This document shows positions 52,778-63,648 of a DNA stretch of 64,000 bases, piece by piece; within the stretch, counting starts at the first letter, position 1, and the number at the start of each line of letters is the position of its first letter. The stretch lies in NCBI RefSeq assembly GCF_022045235.1, contig NW_027266268.1, positions 6,820,001 through 6,884,000 of the forward strand, given 5' to 3'. The DNA comes from Haliotis cracherodii. Lineage: Eukaryota. The notes under the pieces were generated by a model. It saw only the letters and a list, made by a program, of their open reading frames with translations. It made no database searches and was not told the DNA's origin. The position numbers were made by a program, and so were the translations under genes.

Positions 52778-52900
52778 GTTTGACTGGTGCTACTTGTGAG
52801 TCAAGGGACTACGGGTGTGAGATCTCACCGTGTCGGTCTGGGGGGACTTGTGTGCAGCAGGGGGATGCCTACATCTGTCAGTGTTACCCCGGATACACAG
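52778..52900 (+). CDS. Exon 12, EGF 23
   Basis: gattcag| acceptor, ACAG|gtaagt donor, phase 1-1. Confidence 0.95.
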
Positions 52901-53213
52901 GTAAGTGTTGGGGGGTGAGAGTGTGGGGATAACACCTTCAGGTAAGACTGTTCAAGGAGAGGGGGAAATAACAGGGTGTTGCCTATGTCTGGCAGACTCT
53001 AACGTAAATGCCTTCCACTTAACTTTGGTGTGAGAATGGTGTTAATATCCTGCAGTCCAATATTCACTTCACAACATTCTCACTTCTGGAATTTTTAGGC
53101 ATAAGATGAAATTGTGCATTTAAACTGTAGAAAACCCTTGAAACATGTTACCCTCTTTGAAATATCAAAACATTTGTTTTTAATTTAACAATTTGTTTGT
53201 CTTGTTTTATCAG

Positions 53214-53444
53214 GTGCAAACTGTCAGACCAACATAGACGAGTGCAGTTATTTCCCCTGCAAGAATGGTGGCACATGCACCGATGCTAGCAATGGCTTCC
53301 GCTGTCAGTGTGCTCCCAACTTCGCCGGGCTGACCTGTACGGAGCTGATCAGCCCCTGTGACCCCAACCCCTGCCAGCATGGGGGCACCTGTCAGGAGGC
53401 GGGGCAGGGGGTCTTCCAGTGCTCATGTCCGCAGGGCTACACAG
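53214..53444 (+). CDS. Exon 13, EGF 24-25
   Basis: ttttatcag| acceptor, ACAG|gtgagg donor, phase 1-1, GANCQTNIDECSYFPC. Confidence 0.95.
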
Positions 53445-53978
53445 GTGAGGGAAGCTAATCTGCATCAGAGCTGGAGATGAGCTGTGTATTTGCATAAAAT
53501 AGGCATTATAGAAACTGAAATACGCAGACAAAAAAAATGCTAGCGTATCAAATATGCAGCAGAAACTATAACCGCACTATTGAAATAAAATTAATGTGTA
53601 TATTACGAGGGGCGTTCAATAAGTTTTGCAACTTCAATATAAGACCAAGTCGCAGAATATCTTTTGCACTTTTATTTTTCAATATATTAAACCTCCATTC
53701 ACCTCAATTCACCTCAATACACTTACTGGGTGGGTGATTTAACTGTACAGCGCAGACTTAGCCCCCAGTAAAAAACATCAACTCAGTAAAAACAAGTGCA
53801 CCTACATCAACGATTTGTAAGAACACCTGAATGAGTGGTACACCTGCATCTGTAGCACACATGTGTCATTAGAAATATTGCTGAAGTACTTCAGCGAAGA
53901 TTTATGTATTCCCAAGAGAATGGAAAGCTGCTTGTGAGTGTGATGCACTGTCTAATCAAGTGACTTGTTACCCTCCAG

Positions 53979-54095
53979 GCACTCATTGTGAGACAGACAT
54001 TGATGAGTGTGAGTTGGCCAGACCCTGCCAGAACAATGCCACCTGTGTCAACCTCGTCAACAACTTCAGGTGTGAATGTATGCCAGGATATACAG
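53979..54095 (+). CDS. Exon 14, EGF 26
   Basis: cctccag| acceptor, ACAG|gtagga donor, phase 1-1, GTHCETDIDECELARPC. Confidence 0.95.
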
Positions 54096-54340
54096 GTAGG
54101 ATTGGCTAAGACTGGCTGTGTTAGTGTGCATTCATACACCGGACATGCAGTTGCTCAGTCCATCAGTATCCTTACTACTAAAATAAGTTAAGAATCACCG
54201 GAGTCTTTCATATTACTACAGTACAATAGTTTTTTGGGTGATTGGGTGATCCTTAACTTTTTTTAGTTGTATAGTTTGTCTGCACTGAAGCTGGGCATAT
54301 ATTTATTATCCAGGCATACTAGATACAGCTTCAGTAATTC

Positions 54341-54846
54341 CATTTCCCAAGGCAAGGGAGTTGACTGACAATAAAAGCCCAGTTTCCACCCTTGCTGAAC
54401 TAGGCTGAAATAATGGAGTTATCTTTTGGCTGGACTAACGAGTCTATGCATAGTCCAATCAAAATCACATAATGAAGTTGACGTTCGGTTTTAAACTGCC
54501 CTACAGATTTCGGTCGATTGCAGGTTTTACAAAATTAACAGATATTTCCCAAATCTTTTCATGTTTTTGATCAAGGTGCTCACCTGATTTGATGCATTTT
54601 GGGAAGTAAAATATGTTTTTTCATAATATAGATTTTGATTATCGATGAGGTTGTCTTGACTGGGCATCGTCATTTTGTTTACACAATTGCAAGTGTATTG
54701 AGAGGTGGAATCTGATTGGTCAATAGGAGGGATATAGAGGTGACATAACTCATAATAGCCACTGGTGGCTCTACAATCGAGCCAAGAAATTCCGGCCTGG
54801 AAACTGGACTTTTCTAGTCAGTAAACACCCTGGCCTCAGGAAGATG
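54341..54846 (+). mobile_element. Second copy of the TIR element at 43506-44128
   Basis: Colinear similarity with the same termini. Confidence 0.82.
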
Positions 54847-55014
54847 CAACAATGCTGAGTAACATCAGGTTGTTATTGCATGATTTGACAGCTTCTGATT
54901 CTGTTAATTGCCCGTTTTATACTTTATTTCCATTTTCACAAGTATTACGTCCATAACAGCTACAGTTGATATTTTACGAGTGCTTCACCTCTTACTGTTC
55001 CTCCACTTCTCAAG

Positions 55015-55128
55015 GTATCGCCTGTAGCGTGGACATCGATGAGTGTGCTGGCTCACCCTGTGGTATGGGAAGCAGCTGTGTGGACCTCGTTAACAAATAC
55101 AGGTGTGACTGTCGCCCAGGTATGACAG
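55015..55128 (+). CDS. Exon 15, EGF 27
   Basis: cttctcaag| acceptor, ACAG|gtaagt donor, phase 1-1. Confidence 0.93.
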
Positions 55129-55232
55129 GTAAGTACATACACATAACTGTCTCTTAAAAATTTTACTAGCTCGTCATTTAGAAATTAAGCTGAAAACAAA
55201 ACACAAGTGACGAAGTTTTGATATCTCTGCAG

Positions 55233-55528
55233 GTTTGAACTGTACGACGGACATCAAAGAATGTGAGTCCACCCCTTGTCTCCACGGTGGTCAGTGCTCA
55301 GAGCCACAGATCGGCCAGTTCTCGTGTGTCTGTCCGAGTGGGGTGTCAGGGGCCACCTGTGAGATGGTCAATACGGCCAGTTTTGATGGTTTGAGTTATG
55401 TCCAACTGCAGCCAGACTTTTCGGCGACCGGGAGGCGCCGGCGTCGGAGGGAAGTGGTCAACGTGACAGGGATGAGGTTCACCTTTACGACAACTGTGCC
55501 CACTGGCCTCATCATGGTGGTGATGGGG
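55233..55528 (+). CDS. Exon 16, EGF 28 and start of LamG1 (contains RRRRRR)
   Basis: ctctgcag| acceptor, GGG|gtgagt donor, phase 1-0, ASFDGLSYVQL LamG first strand. Confidence 0.93.
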
Positions 55529-56195
55529 GTGAGTCCAGATTCTGTCTCACGGTCCGCAGTTTTATTTCATTTATGTATTTGTTGTTTGACAGTGCACTCA
55601 GTAATATTACAGCAATCGATCTGGACCAGACTATCCAGTGATAGATATTATGAGCAGCAATCCATGTCAATGGGGCACTATCAACCAAGTCACTAAGTCT
55701 AACCCCCCCGATCCATTAACTTGCCTTGTACAACTAACATTGGTTCTTGGGAACCTGTTCTAAGCCAGAATCCCAAAGGGGTCTCAATATTAGATGTAGA
55801 GGATATATGGCTAATCTTGTCAAATAACATGTCTATATCTAAGGTGACCTGATAAATTTGTATTTTCATGACTGGTGTGACACATCCACAAGTATAATAT
55901 AACAATGTCACAAGGTGAGGCTATCATGTGATTTCACAAGAAAAAACAAATGTTCTATTTATCTGGACAATCCTCTTCTCTCCATTTTTAAACTTTACAC
56001 ACTTTGTAACCTTATAACACTTTGAAACCTCCAAAGAAGATAAAGAACACCCGATTTCTTCACAAGAGTATGGTTAATCTGTCATGGCTGGTGGGTATTG
56101 CCTCACACAACCTTCATGTTGTAGGTATTCTTGAACTTGTTTTGAATAGTATATGAAAAGTAATTTTCATGTCTGTTCTCTGAACAATTGACCAG

Positions 56196-56546
56196 GCGGA
56201 CCAAGAAGGTCGACCCCAACACTTCAGCCTGGAATTGTACCAAACTGCATTCTGGGTAACTGAGAATCGTGGTCTGGAGACGTCACAGAAGAGCATCCCG
56301 CTTGGCCAGGCCATCAGCGGCATCTACAGCCACACCGTGGACATCATCATCATGCCCAGCTTCACCAGCGTCACCCTGGACCCCAACAACTGCAACAACA
56401 TACCTTCCTGCTATGTGTCCTTCACCTACAACCAGAGCATGGCCTTCACCTTTGAACGGCAGATGTACCTCGGAGGGATACCTAGCGTGACTCCATACAT
56501 CCGCAGCAAACTCAAGACAGTGCAGGGATTTGCTGGTTGTCTGGGG
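56196..56546 (+). CDS. Exon 17, LamG1 core
   Basis: gaccag| acceptor, GGG|gtaagt donor, phase 0-0, MYLGGIP...GFAGCLG. Confidence 0.9.
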
Positions 56547-57294
56547 GTAAGTACAGATGTGTTTTGTTTGAATGGGCTCCTGTCTACCAAGCGAGTTGAC
56601 AGGCTTTGGCCGAGCTCTCATATGACGCGAATAGACGACAATAGACATAGCATTCGTCAGCATTTAATGATAGCAAAACGTGTCCATAATTAACATCAGC
56701 AGAACAGTTTTTTATCATTTTAATCAGCCGAACGTTCAAGGTGAAGAAGTGTCTCTTGAAATAATTTTGTAATTTAAGAAGAATATGCAAGTGCACTAGT
56801 CTTTTACCAGGGGAGGGTGTGTGTGTGACCCTCCCCTGTGATAATATTTTGCAAAAGCATTTTATATTTTATCATAAAATGTCCATTGATCATGCCCACC
56901 ATAAATATGTTTCTTATTTTTTATGACGCTCCTCTAGAGACTTTCATATTCTTTAGTGACACCCTCCACCCATTCAATAAATGTGCACCCCACGAGCACA
57001 GGTGTGGTGCTGACAAACCTAGAAACAATTTGGGCAAACCAGGATTTGAAACCATGATCACAGGATTCTGGTTTGCCTAAGGGAGGAAACTCCTCAGATG
57101 ACTGGCCTTGTCGTTGAATAAGATGTGTTTGAACCAGTACTGTTTGTGGAGCATCTTCCAGTTGATCAGTGTGTTTGAATTCTGTTTGAAGCAGCATTCA
57201 ACCTAATTGAACTAATATAAGTGGTCCCATTGAGTTCGTTATAACCGTAGTTTACTGTAGATCTTAACATTCCCATATTTCTGATTGCTTCCAG

Positions 57295-57645
57295 AACCTG
57301 ATGATCAACAGCAAGACCATGAGCCTGCTTCCCCCAGGGAACTCCTCCTCCTCCTCCTCCCCCTCCCCCACCATCTCCAGCCAGTTCATGAAGCGCCCCA
57401 CCCCGGGATGTTCGGCCCACGAGCCATGCAGCACCAACCTGTGTCGCAACGGTGGGACCTGTGTTGATCTGTGGACCAGGAAGTACTGCCAGTGTCGGCC
57501 GGGATTTGCCGGGGAGACATGCGAGTTCCAGAACATGGCACACTTCTCTGCGGGCTCCATGCTGCACTACAGTGGCCTGGTGGAGATCAGGGAACTCTCC
57601 TTCTGGCTCAGCGCCACCAACTCTTCAGGGATGCTGCTGTACACT
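57295..57645 (+). CDS. Exon 18, end of LamG1, Ser/Pro linker, EGF 29, start of LamG2
   Basis: cttccag| acceptor, ACT|gtaaga donor, phase 0-0. Confidence 0.92.
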
Positions 57646-57744
57646 GTAAGACAATCCTAGCAGTATCACATGATTGTTGGGGAGAGCAATGGTAATCTGA
57701 TGAGGCTCTGAACAGGTCAGCTTGCTGGGGGGCAACTTGGACCA

Positions 57745-58199
57745 AAAATGTTGAGTGTTCTTGTGCTGGAGATGACAAATGCAGACACTCTTAAGTATGG
57801 AGTGCTTATCTGCTGTATAGGATTAATTTGCCCCAAATGTTGAGTGTTCTTGTGCTGTAGGTGACAAGTGCTGCCCCTAAATATGGAGTACTTGTGTGCT
57901 GTATAGGATTAATTTGCCCCAAAATGTTGAGTGTTCGTGTGCTGTAGGTGGCTAGTATTGCCCTGAATTCTAGAAGTCTTGAAATCAACGTGTGCTGAAG
58001 GCAAATAATGTTCTGAGTGTTGTTTGCTGCAGGTGATTAAATGTTACTCCAAAATGTTGAGTGTATGCTTTAGGTGACCAATGTTGTCCTGAAATCTTGA
58101 GTGTTTGCTGTAGGTGACTAATGCAGGCCCTTACTAAGGAGTCTTAGGTGCTATATGAGACTAATATTGCCCTACATGTCAGTTGTTTGTGTGCTGTAG
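57745..58199 (+). repeat. Degenerate repeat (period about 43 bp) of the exon 19 acceptor and exon start
   Basis: gctgtag|gtgac-like units with AG ending at 57860, 57947, 58032, 58073, 58113; true site ends at 58199. Confidence 0.8.
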
Positions 58200-58362
58200 G
58201 TGACTAATGATGCCCTGGCCATGATGATTGACCGTGGGCAGATCCGGCTGCACATTGTGTCTGGGAACACAGACACTGTCAGCCGAGTGGGCCAGAATGT
58301 GAACAATGGAGACTGGTACAAGGTCAGCCTTGTCCTCACTGGTGGGAGATACAGAATTCAAG
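58200..58362 (+). CDS. Exon 19, LamG2
   Basis: gtgctgtag| acceptor, AAG|gtaagt donor, phase 0-1, VNNGDWYKV. Confidence 0.9.
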
Positions 58363-58694
58363 GTAAGTGGCTCTCCAGAAATGGTTACCACTGTTAATGC
58401 TGACATTTACATTACTATTATTTTGTCAGGAACCTGTTGAACACATTATCTTGTTTTGATGGCAGCTGCCCTGTATAAAAGCTTTATTTGAATGACAATT
58501 AACTGCAATAAAGCTTCAACAATCTGTAATTTTTCATTTAATCAAATAAAGAATTTACATATTTGAAATGAAATTATTTATTTACCATCTGTAACTACAC
58601 AATCTGCAAGTACACTCACTCACGCACAATCGGCAACTACACTCTCTTATCATCTGTGTCTATTGCACTGATATTCCTCTTGGTCCTCCGTCAG

Positions 58695-58848
58695 TGTCGA
58701 CGCCAGACACAGGTGTGTTTGGGTCAGGTAGCGGCACGGTCAGCAGCTACATCCTTGTCACCATGCCGCTGTTCATCGGGAAGCTGCATGACCACCCCGC
58801 CATCGACAAGTGGAGACTTAGACCCAGCAAACTACCCACCTTCGAGGG
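58695..58848 (+). CDS. Exon 20, LamG2
   Basis: ccgtcag| acceptor, GG|gtacgt donor, phase 1-2, PLFIGKL. Confidence 0.88.
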
Positions 58849-58904
58849 GTACGTGACAGTAGATCTAAACAATTAGTGTAATTGGGGTCAATTATAACCT
58901 GCTC

Positions 58905-59142
58905 AGGAAAATACTATGTGGAAAATAGTATTTAATGTTAGGAAAATGATATGTTATATGAGGAAAATAATATGTAATATGAGGAAAATAATATGTAATA
59001 TGAGGAAAATAATATGTAATATAGAGGAAAATAATATGTAATATGAGGAAAATAGATTGTAATATGAGGGAAATATTATTTAATGTCAGGACAGTAGATT
59101 GTAACATGAGGAAAATAGTATGTAATATGATGGAAATAGTAT
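58905..59142. repeat. 21-bp AT-rich minisatellite (atatgaggaaaataatatgta)
   Basis: Direct reading. Confidence 0.9.
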
Positions 59143-59294
59143 TTGATTTAATTTAATATTTAAGATCAGTGAAAAAATCATCTTTAAATTGTTTTTCTTC
59201 ATCATATTTATCGGACCACCAACCAAATAATACTGTGTATCTGGTCATGGTGCTTGTGGGGTCATGTATGAAGAAATTCATTTTTCTTGTCCAG

Positions 59295-59521
59295 GTTTGA
59301 AGGCTGCCTGCGGGACCTGACAATCAACTACAACCCTATTGACCTCAAGTCCAATGTTGCTTCCATATTTGGCAACGATCCTCCTCCCCCCACCCCTGGA
59401 TGTAGGCGGGAGGAAACGTGTAGCCCCTCCCCCTGCCAGAATGAGGGCATGTGTGTTTCAGGGTGGGAGGGGCACACCTGTCAGTGTCCGGCCAACTACC
59501 ACGGACAGAATTGTACAGATG
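59295..59521 (+). CDS. Exon 21, end of LamG2 and EGF 30
   Basis: ttgtccag| acceptor, G|gtaggt donor, phase 2-1, FEGCLRDLTIN...CSPSPCQNEGMC. Confidence 0.93.
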
Positions 59522-59570
59522 GTAGGTACAGCATGCTATGCCTGGTGACTACTTCAGCAAAATCAAAGTA

Positions 59571-59911
59571 CCGTATTCGACGCAATAAGCGCCCATGGCG
59601 CTCTCAAAATTAGAAATAGGGGGCTCTTATAAGAATATTATTTTGGTAACAAAAAGTTCAAAGATTGTAAATTTCGTGGTTTATGCTGACAGCCTGAAAT
59701 GTTTATACGACAGATATATTTTTCCAGAATTTAATTGCCCATAATTAAGGCTGCATATAACACACGAGTGCGTAATATACACTAATAAACAAGTCATGTG
59801 TACATTGATCAATCAGAAGGGGTGCTAATTGGGATTGTTCACCAACCACTATATTAGCAAATATCGCTGTGGGTGCCTATTAGAGCGGGGCGCTTAATAC
59901 GTCGAACACGG
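59571..59911 (+). mobile_element. MITE family M1
   Basis: TIRs with TA TSD. Confidence 0.9.
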
Positions 59912-61193
59912 TATGCTCAACGTCACTATTGAGGGGTCATGCAGATAATAAGGGATAAAAGTATTAAAAAATGGTGCATTTTCAGCTTATAAGAGTGCAG
60001 TTCAGTTGCATCTGCAATAAGCAGGGATGAGAATCTGCAGATCCGCAAATTGTAGTGACCACAAATTTGTTAAAATCTGATGGCTTCCCCCATAAACAGC
60101 TGCAAATTATGGACCACGCTCCATTGCAAAGATGTTGCAGCTGAAAAGGAAAATATCCATTCTCATCCCTCAATAGACCATTTTATACCCATGCTGACTG
60201 TTACTTCTCATGTATTGCACGTGCATGGGCTAAACCACTGATTGTGATCACGCGTGTATTTTGGGTAGCTTTTTCCATAACCCTCAATCTTGCACTTTTC
60301 GCTGTTTTTAATAGTCATCCATTTTTCAAGTTTCAAAAAGCATCCAATCTGTGTGACATTGGCATTTACTACATGTTCTTCAACTGTTAATCACATTATC
60401 AACCTACTCAGACCTATTGACACTTGTTGGCATATGTTCATGTATGTCACCCTGTATACCCAGGTGACACTTCATTAATGGTTCTGAGTATTATTACTGT
60501 GGTCGGTATGCTGTTATTTCTAAGAAGCCAGAATTCCAATACTTGTGGTCAAGTTGATAATGGTCAAGATGAACACTACTGTTTTTCAAGGGTAAGTGAG
60601 TAGGATTTTGTGCCACGTATAGCATTATTCAAGCCTGATCATGGTGGGGCTTTCAAGAATGAACTTCACACATTGCAACCAAGTAGGGAATCGAACCTGG
60701 GTTTTCCATGTGACAGGGTAATACTTTAATCACTTGGCTACTCAACTGCCAGATATGGCTCAACTTTAGGATATGAGGTGAGGTAAGGTGAAATAGGGTT
60801 TAATGTCGCATTCAAGATTATTGCATTTATATAGCAACATGCATGCAAGTGTGTGTCCGTGTGTGTGTCTATTTGTACTAGTCTTGACTAATGTCAGTTT
60901 TATAGTGCTAACCCACTGAGATACCCTGCTGCAGTTTAACATGGGTATCCCACTCAGACACAGTATACTGGCTCCGAGCTGACCAGTCCTTGTTTAATCA
61001 CTTTTATGCTTAGTGCCACAGAAGGTTACAAGAATTACCATTTTTTAACATTTATTCAATATAGTGCATCAAGTGAAATTACATTCTACAGACTGATTGG
61101 ATACCAAGTTCTGTCACCATGACGATATGGTCTGTATAGAATAAGACTGTTTGAAGACGAGACAGTACTATGACTATGATCTCTCTGCTCCAG

Positions 61194-61415
61194 TATCCTC
61201 GTCGACCTTCAACGGTAACGCCAGCTACATCCACGTCACCATCAACAGGTCCATGTTTCCATTTGGAGATACAGGCAGCTTCGATTTCAAGACCAGACAG
61301 GCTACGGCCACGCTCGTCTACCATGAGCTTTTTTACAGCAATGGGTTGCTTAGCAACCTCATAGAGTACCGCACTTACAAGGAGAAACTCCAGATTAGCA
61401 TCACAGGAACAGGGA
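61194..61415 (+). CDS. Exon 22, start of LamG3
   Basis: ctgctccag| acceptor, A|gtgagt donor, phase 1-1, TFNGNASYI...FDFKTRQ. Confidence 0.9.
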
Positions 61416-61855
61416 GTGAGTTTGAAAATCTTACAACTTCATATAATTCTGAGTAAACTTCTATCCTAGATAAAATGGAAATATTCCAGTCAGCATTGCA
61501 AAGCTTATGTACAGGAACAAAATAAAATAATGAAATAAGTCAAGAGAAATTAGATTTTATTATTGTATAATGCAAGGTTTTCTGCCACATTTCTGTATAA
61601 TTGTCCTGGAAGCAGTCACTTGTCACTCATATTGACTCCATGTTGGGTTGGATAATTTACTGTATTGACTTGAGTCGCTGTACCTGAAAGTGGTATTCTC
61701 CAAACCTAAGCCTCCGACTTCGTCCTCAGTCAGTGTTGTGTTTTGTCCATCAAAACAGGTATTGACCTCATGTATAGTCTGTATTTGTATTTTATAGCAC
61801 TGACACTGTTATTTCATTGCACGCCTCAGTACAACTGGAAGTCAGTGTTTAAAAT

Positions 61856-62019
61856 AGTGAGTGAGTATGGTTTTACGCCCCTTTTAGCAATATTCCAGCA
61901 ATATCACGGCGGGGGACACCAGAAATGGGCTTCACACATTGTACCCATGCTGGGAATTGAACCCGGGTCTTCGGCGTGACGAGTAAACGCTTAAACCACT
62001 AGGCTACCCGACTGCCCCT
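61856..62019 (-). mobile_element. tRNA-derived SINE family B, full length
   Basis: TSD gtgtttaaaata; near-consensus sequence. Confidence 0.92.
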
Positions 62020-62609
62020 GTGTTTAAAATATAAAAAGATGCCCGGCTGCCATCAGGACCCACAGACTTAGGATGCCGGAGGCCCTGACTGAACTCTTCA
62101 GGCCCCCATTTTAAAAACTGAAGCTTATTGTGATAAATATACATGTTAACTTACTGCAGGCCATAAGGACCCATACAAATTTGAAACTATGGGCCCGACA
62201 CAAGATCTCCCTGCTACGGGCCTATGGGCAGGCGCTTATTTCGAACACTGCTTGTAGTTATTGGAAACATTGGGAATGTAAAGAATATTTGAGTCAAACG
62301 GTTGACATTAGACCAAAGTGCTGGTAAGGATTCTGTTGGGACCAACGAGTTACATCTTCATAAATGGTGGCACGTGGTCCTGTGTTCAGTGCACAGATCA
62401 CAATTCAGGCGAAGCTAATCAATGTTGTCATGGAGAGTAGTTGGATGGGTGACTCGACCTTCTAGCGCCTCACAGCTAGCTTGGTTTGTATACTCCCCAG
62501 GGAGCTGAGAATCAAAATCAGGTGCACACTGATCCATTCACCAGGGTAATATTGTAGCCTTTTCAGTATGCTTTAGGGTGTGGATTTCAATTACATTTTC
62601 TTTTTTCAG

Positions 62610-62807
62610 GATTTTCAGAACCTGTGACGTTTTCCACTACTGTTGCTGATGGCATCTGGCACAGCGTGTATTGGCGAAGACAAGACAACCAGCTGAGGAT
62701 TACTATGGATACAGAGACAAGGATGATACAGACCAACTTTAACCCGTACGACAACAGACTTAACACCACAATCATGCTGTACCTGGGAGCCAAGCCGTTC
62801 AGACCAG
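62610..62807 (+). CDS. Exon 23, LamG3
   Basis: ttttttcag| acceptor, CAG|gtgagg donor, phase 1-1, VADGIWHSV...LYLGAKP. Confidence 0.9.
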
Positions 62808-63648
62808 GTGAGGTACTCTGGCCTACAGGGTTAACACCAGTATCATGGTGTACCTGGGAGCCAAGCTGTTCAGACCAGGTGAGGTACTCCGGCCTACAGG
62901 GTTAACACCAGTATCATGGTGTACCTGGGAGGCAAGCTGTTCAGACCAGGTTAGGTACTCTGGCCTACAGGGTTAACACCACTACTGTAGTGTACCTGGG
63001 AGGCAAGCTGTTCAGACCAGGTGAGGTACTCTGGCCTACAGGGTTAACACCAGTATCATGGTGTACCTGGGAGGCAAGCTGTTCAGACCAGGTGAGGTAC
63101 TCTGGCCTACAGGGTTAACACCAGTATCATGGTGTACCTGGGAGGCAAGCTGTTCAGACCAGGTGAGGTACTCTGGCCTACAGGGTTAACACCAGTATCA
63201 TGGTGTACCTGGGAGCCAAGCCGTTCAGACCAGGTGAGGTACTCTGGCCTACAGGGTTAACACCAGTATCATGGTGTACCTGGGAGGCAAGCCGTTCAGA
63301 CCAGGTGAGGTACTCTGGCCTACAGGGTTAACACCAGTATCATGGTGTACCTGGGAGGCAAGCCGTTCAGACCAGGTGAGGTACTCTGGCCTACAGGGAG
63401 CCAAGCCGTTCAGACCAGGTGAGGTACTCTGGCCTACAGGGAGCCAAGCCGTTCAGACCAGGTGAGGTAATCTGGCCTACAGGGAGCCAAGCCGTTCAGA
63501 CCAGGTGAGGTACTCTGGCCTACAGGGAGCCAAGCTGTTCAGACCAGGTGAGGTTTTCTGGCCTACAGGGTTAACACCACTATCATGGTGTACCTTGGAG
63601 CCAAGCCGATCAGACCAGGTCAGGCATCGCCCGCTGGCCTACAGGGTT
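62760..63648 (+). repeat. 71-bp (and 43-bp deletion-variant) tandem repeat of the exon 23 3' end plus donor, 14 units
   Basis: accag|gt with GT starting at 62808, 62879, 62950, 63021, 63092, 63163, 63234, 63305, 63376, 63419, 63462, 63505, 63548, 63619. Confidence 0.96.

Larger units (their letters stand above)
7428..62807 (+). other. Spliced gene model (3'-incomplete): Crumbs-like EGF/Laminin-G protein; signal peptide + 28 EGF + LamG-EGF-LamG-EGF-LamG(partial), about 1720 aa in window
   Basis: 23 exons assembled by hand; all introns GT-AG with matching phases; 5161 coding nt with no stop; D-I-D/N-E/D-C cbEGF motifs, O-glucose (C-x-S-x-P-C) and O-fucose (C-x4-T-C) consensus sites; LamG motifs (F-x-G-x-SY, DG-x-WH, YLGG, F-x-GC). 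The TM domain and ERLI tail that would prove Crumbs are not in the window. Confidence 0.85.

Noticed and set aside
32045-55528. Notch, Delta/Jagged or fibropellin identity
   Set aside because: The EGF array leads into LamG domains rather than LNR/ANK, DSL or avidin domains
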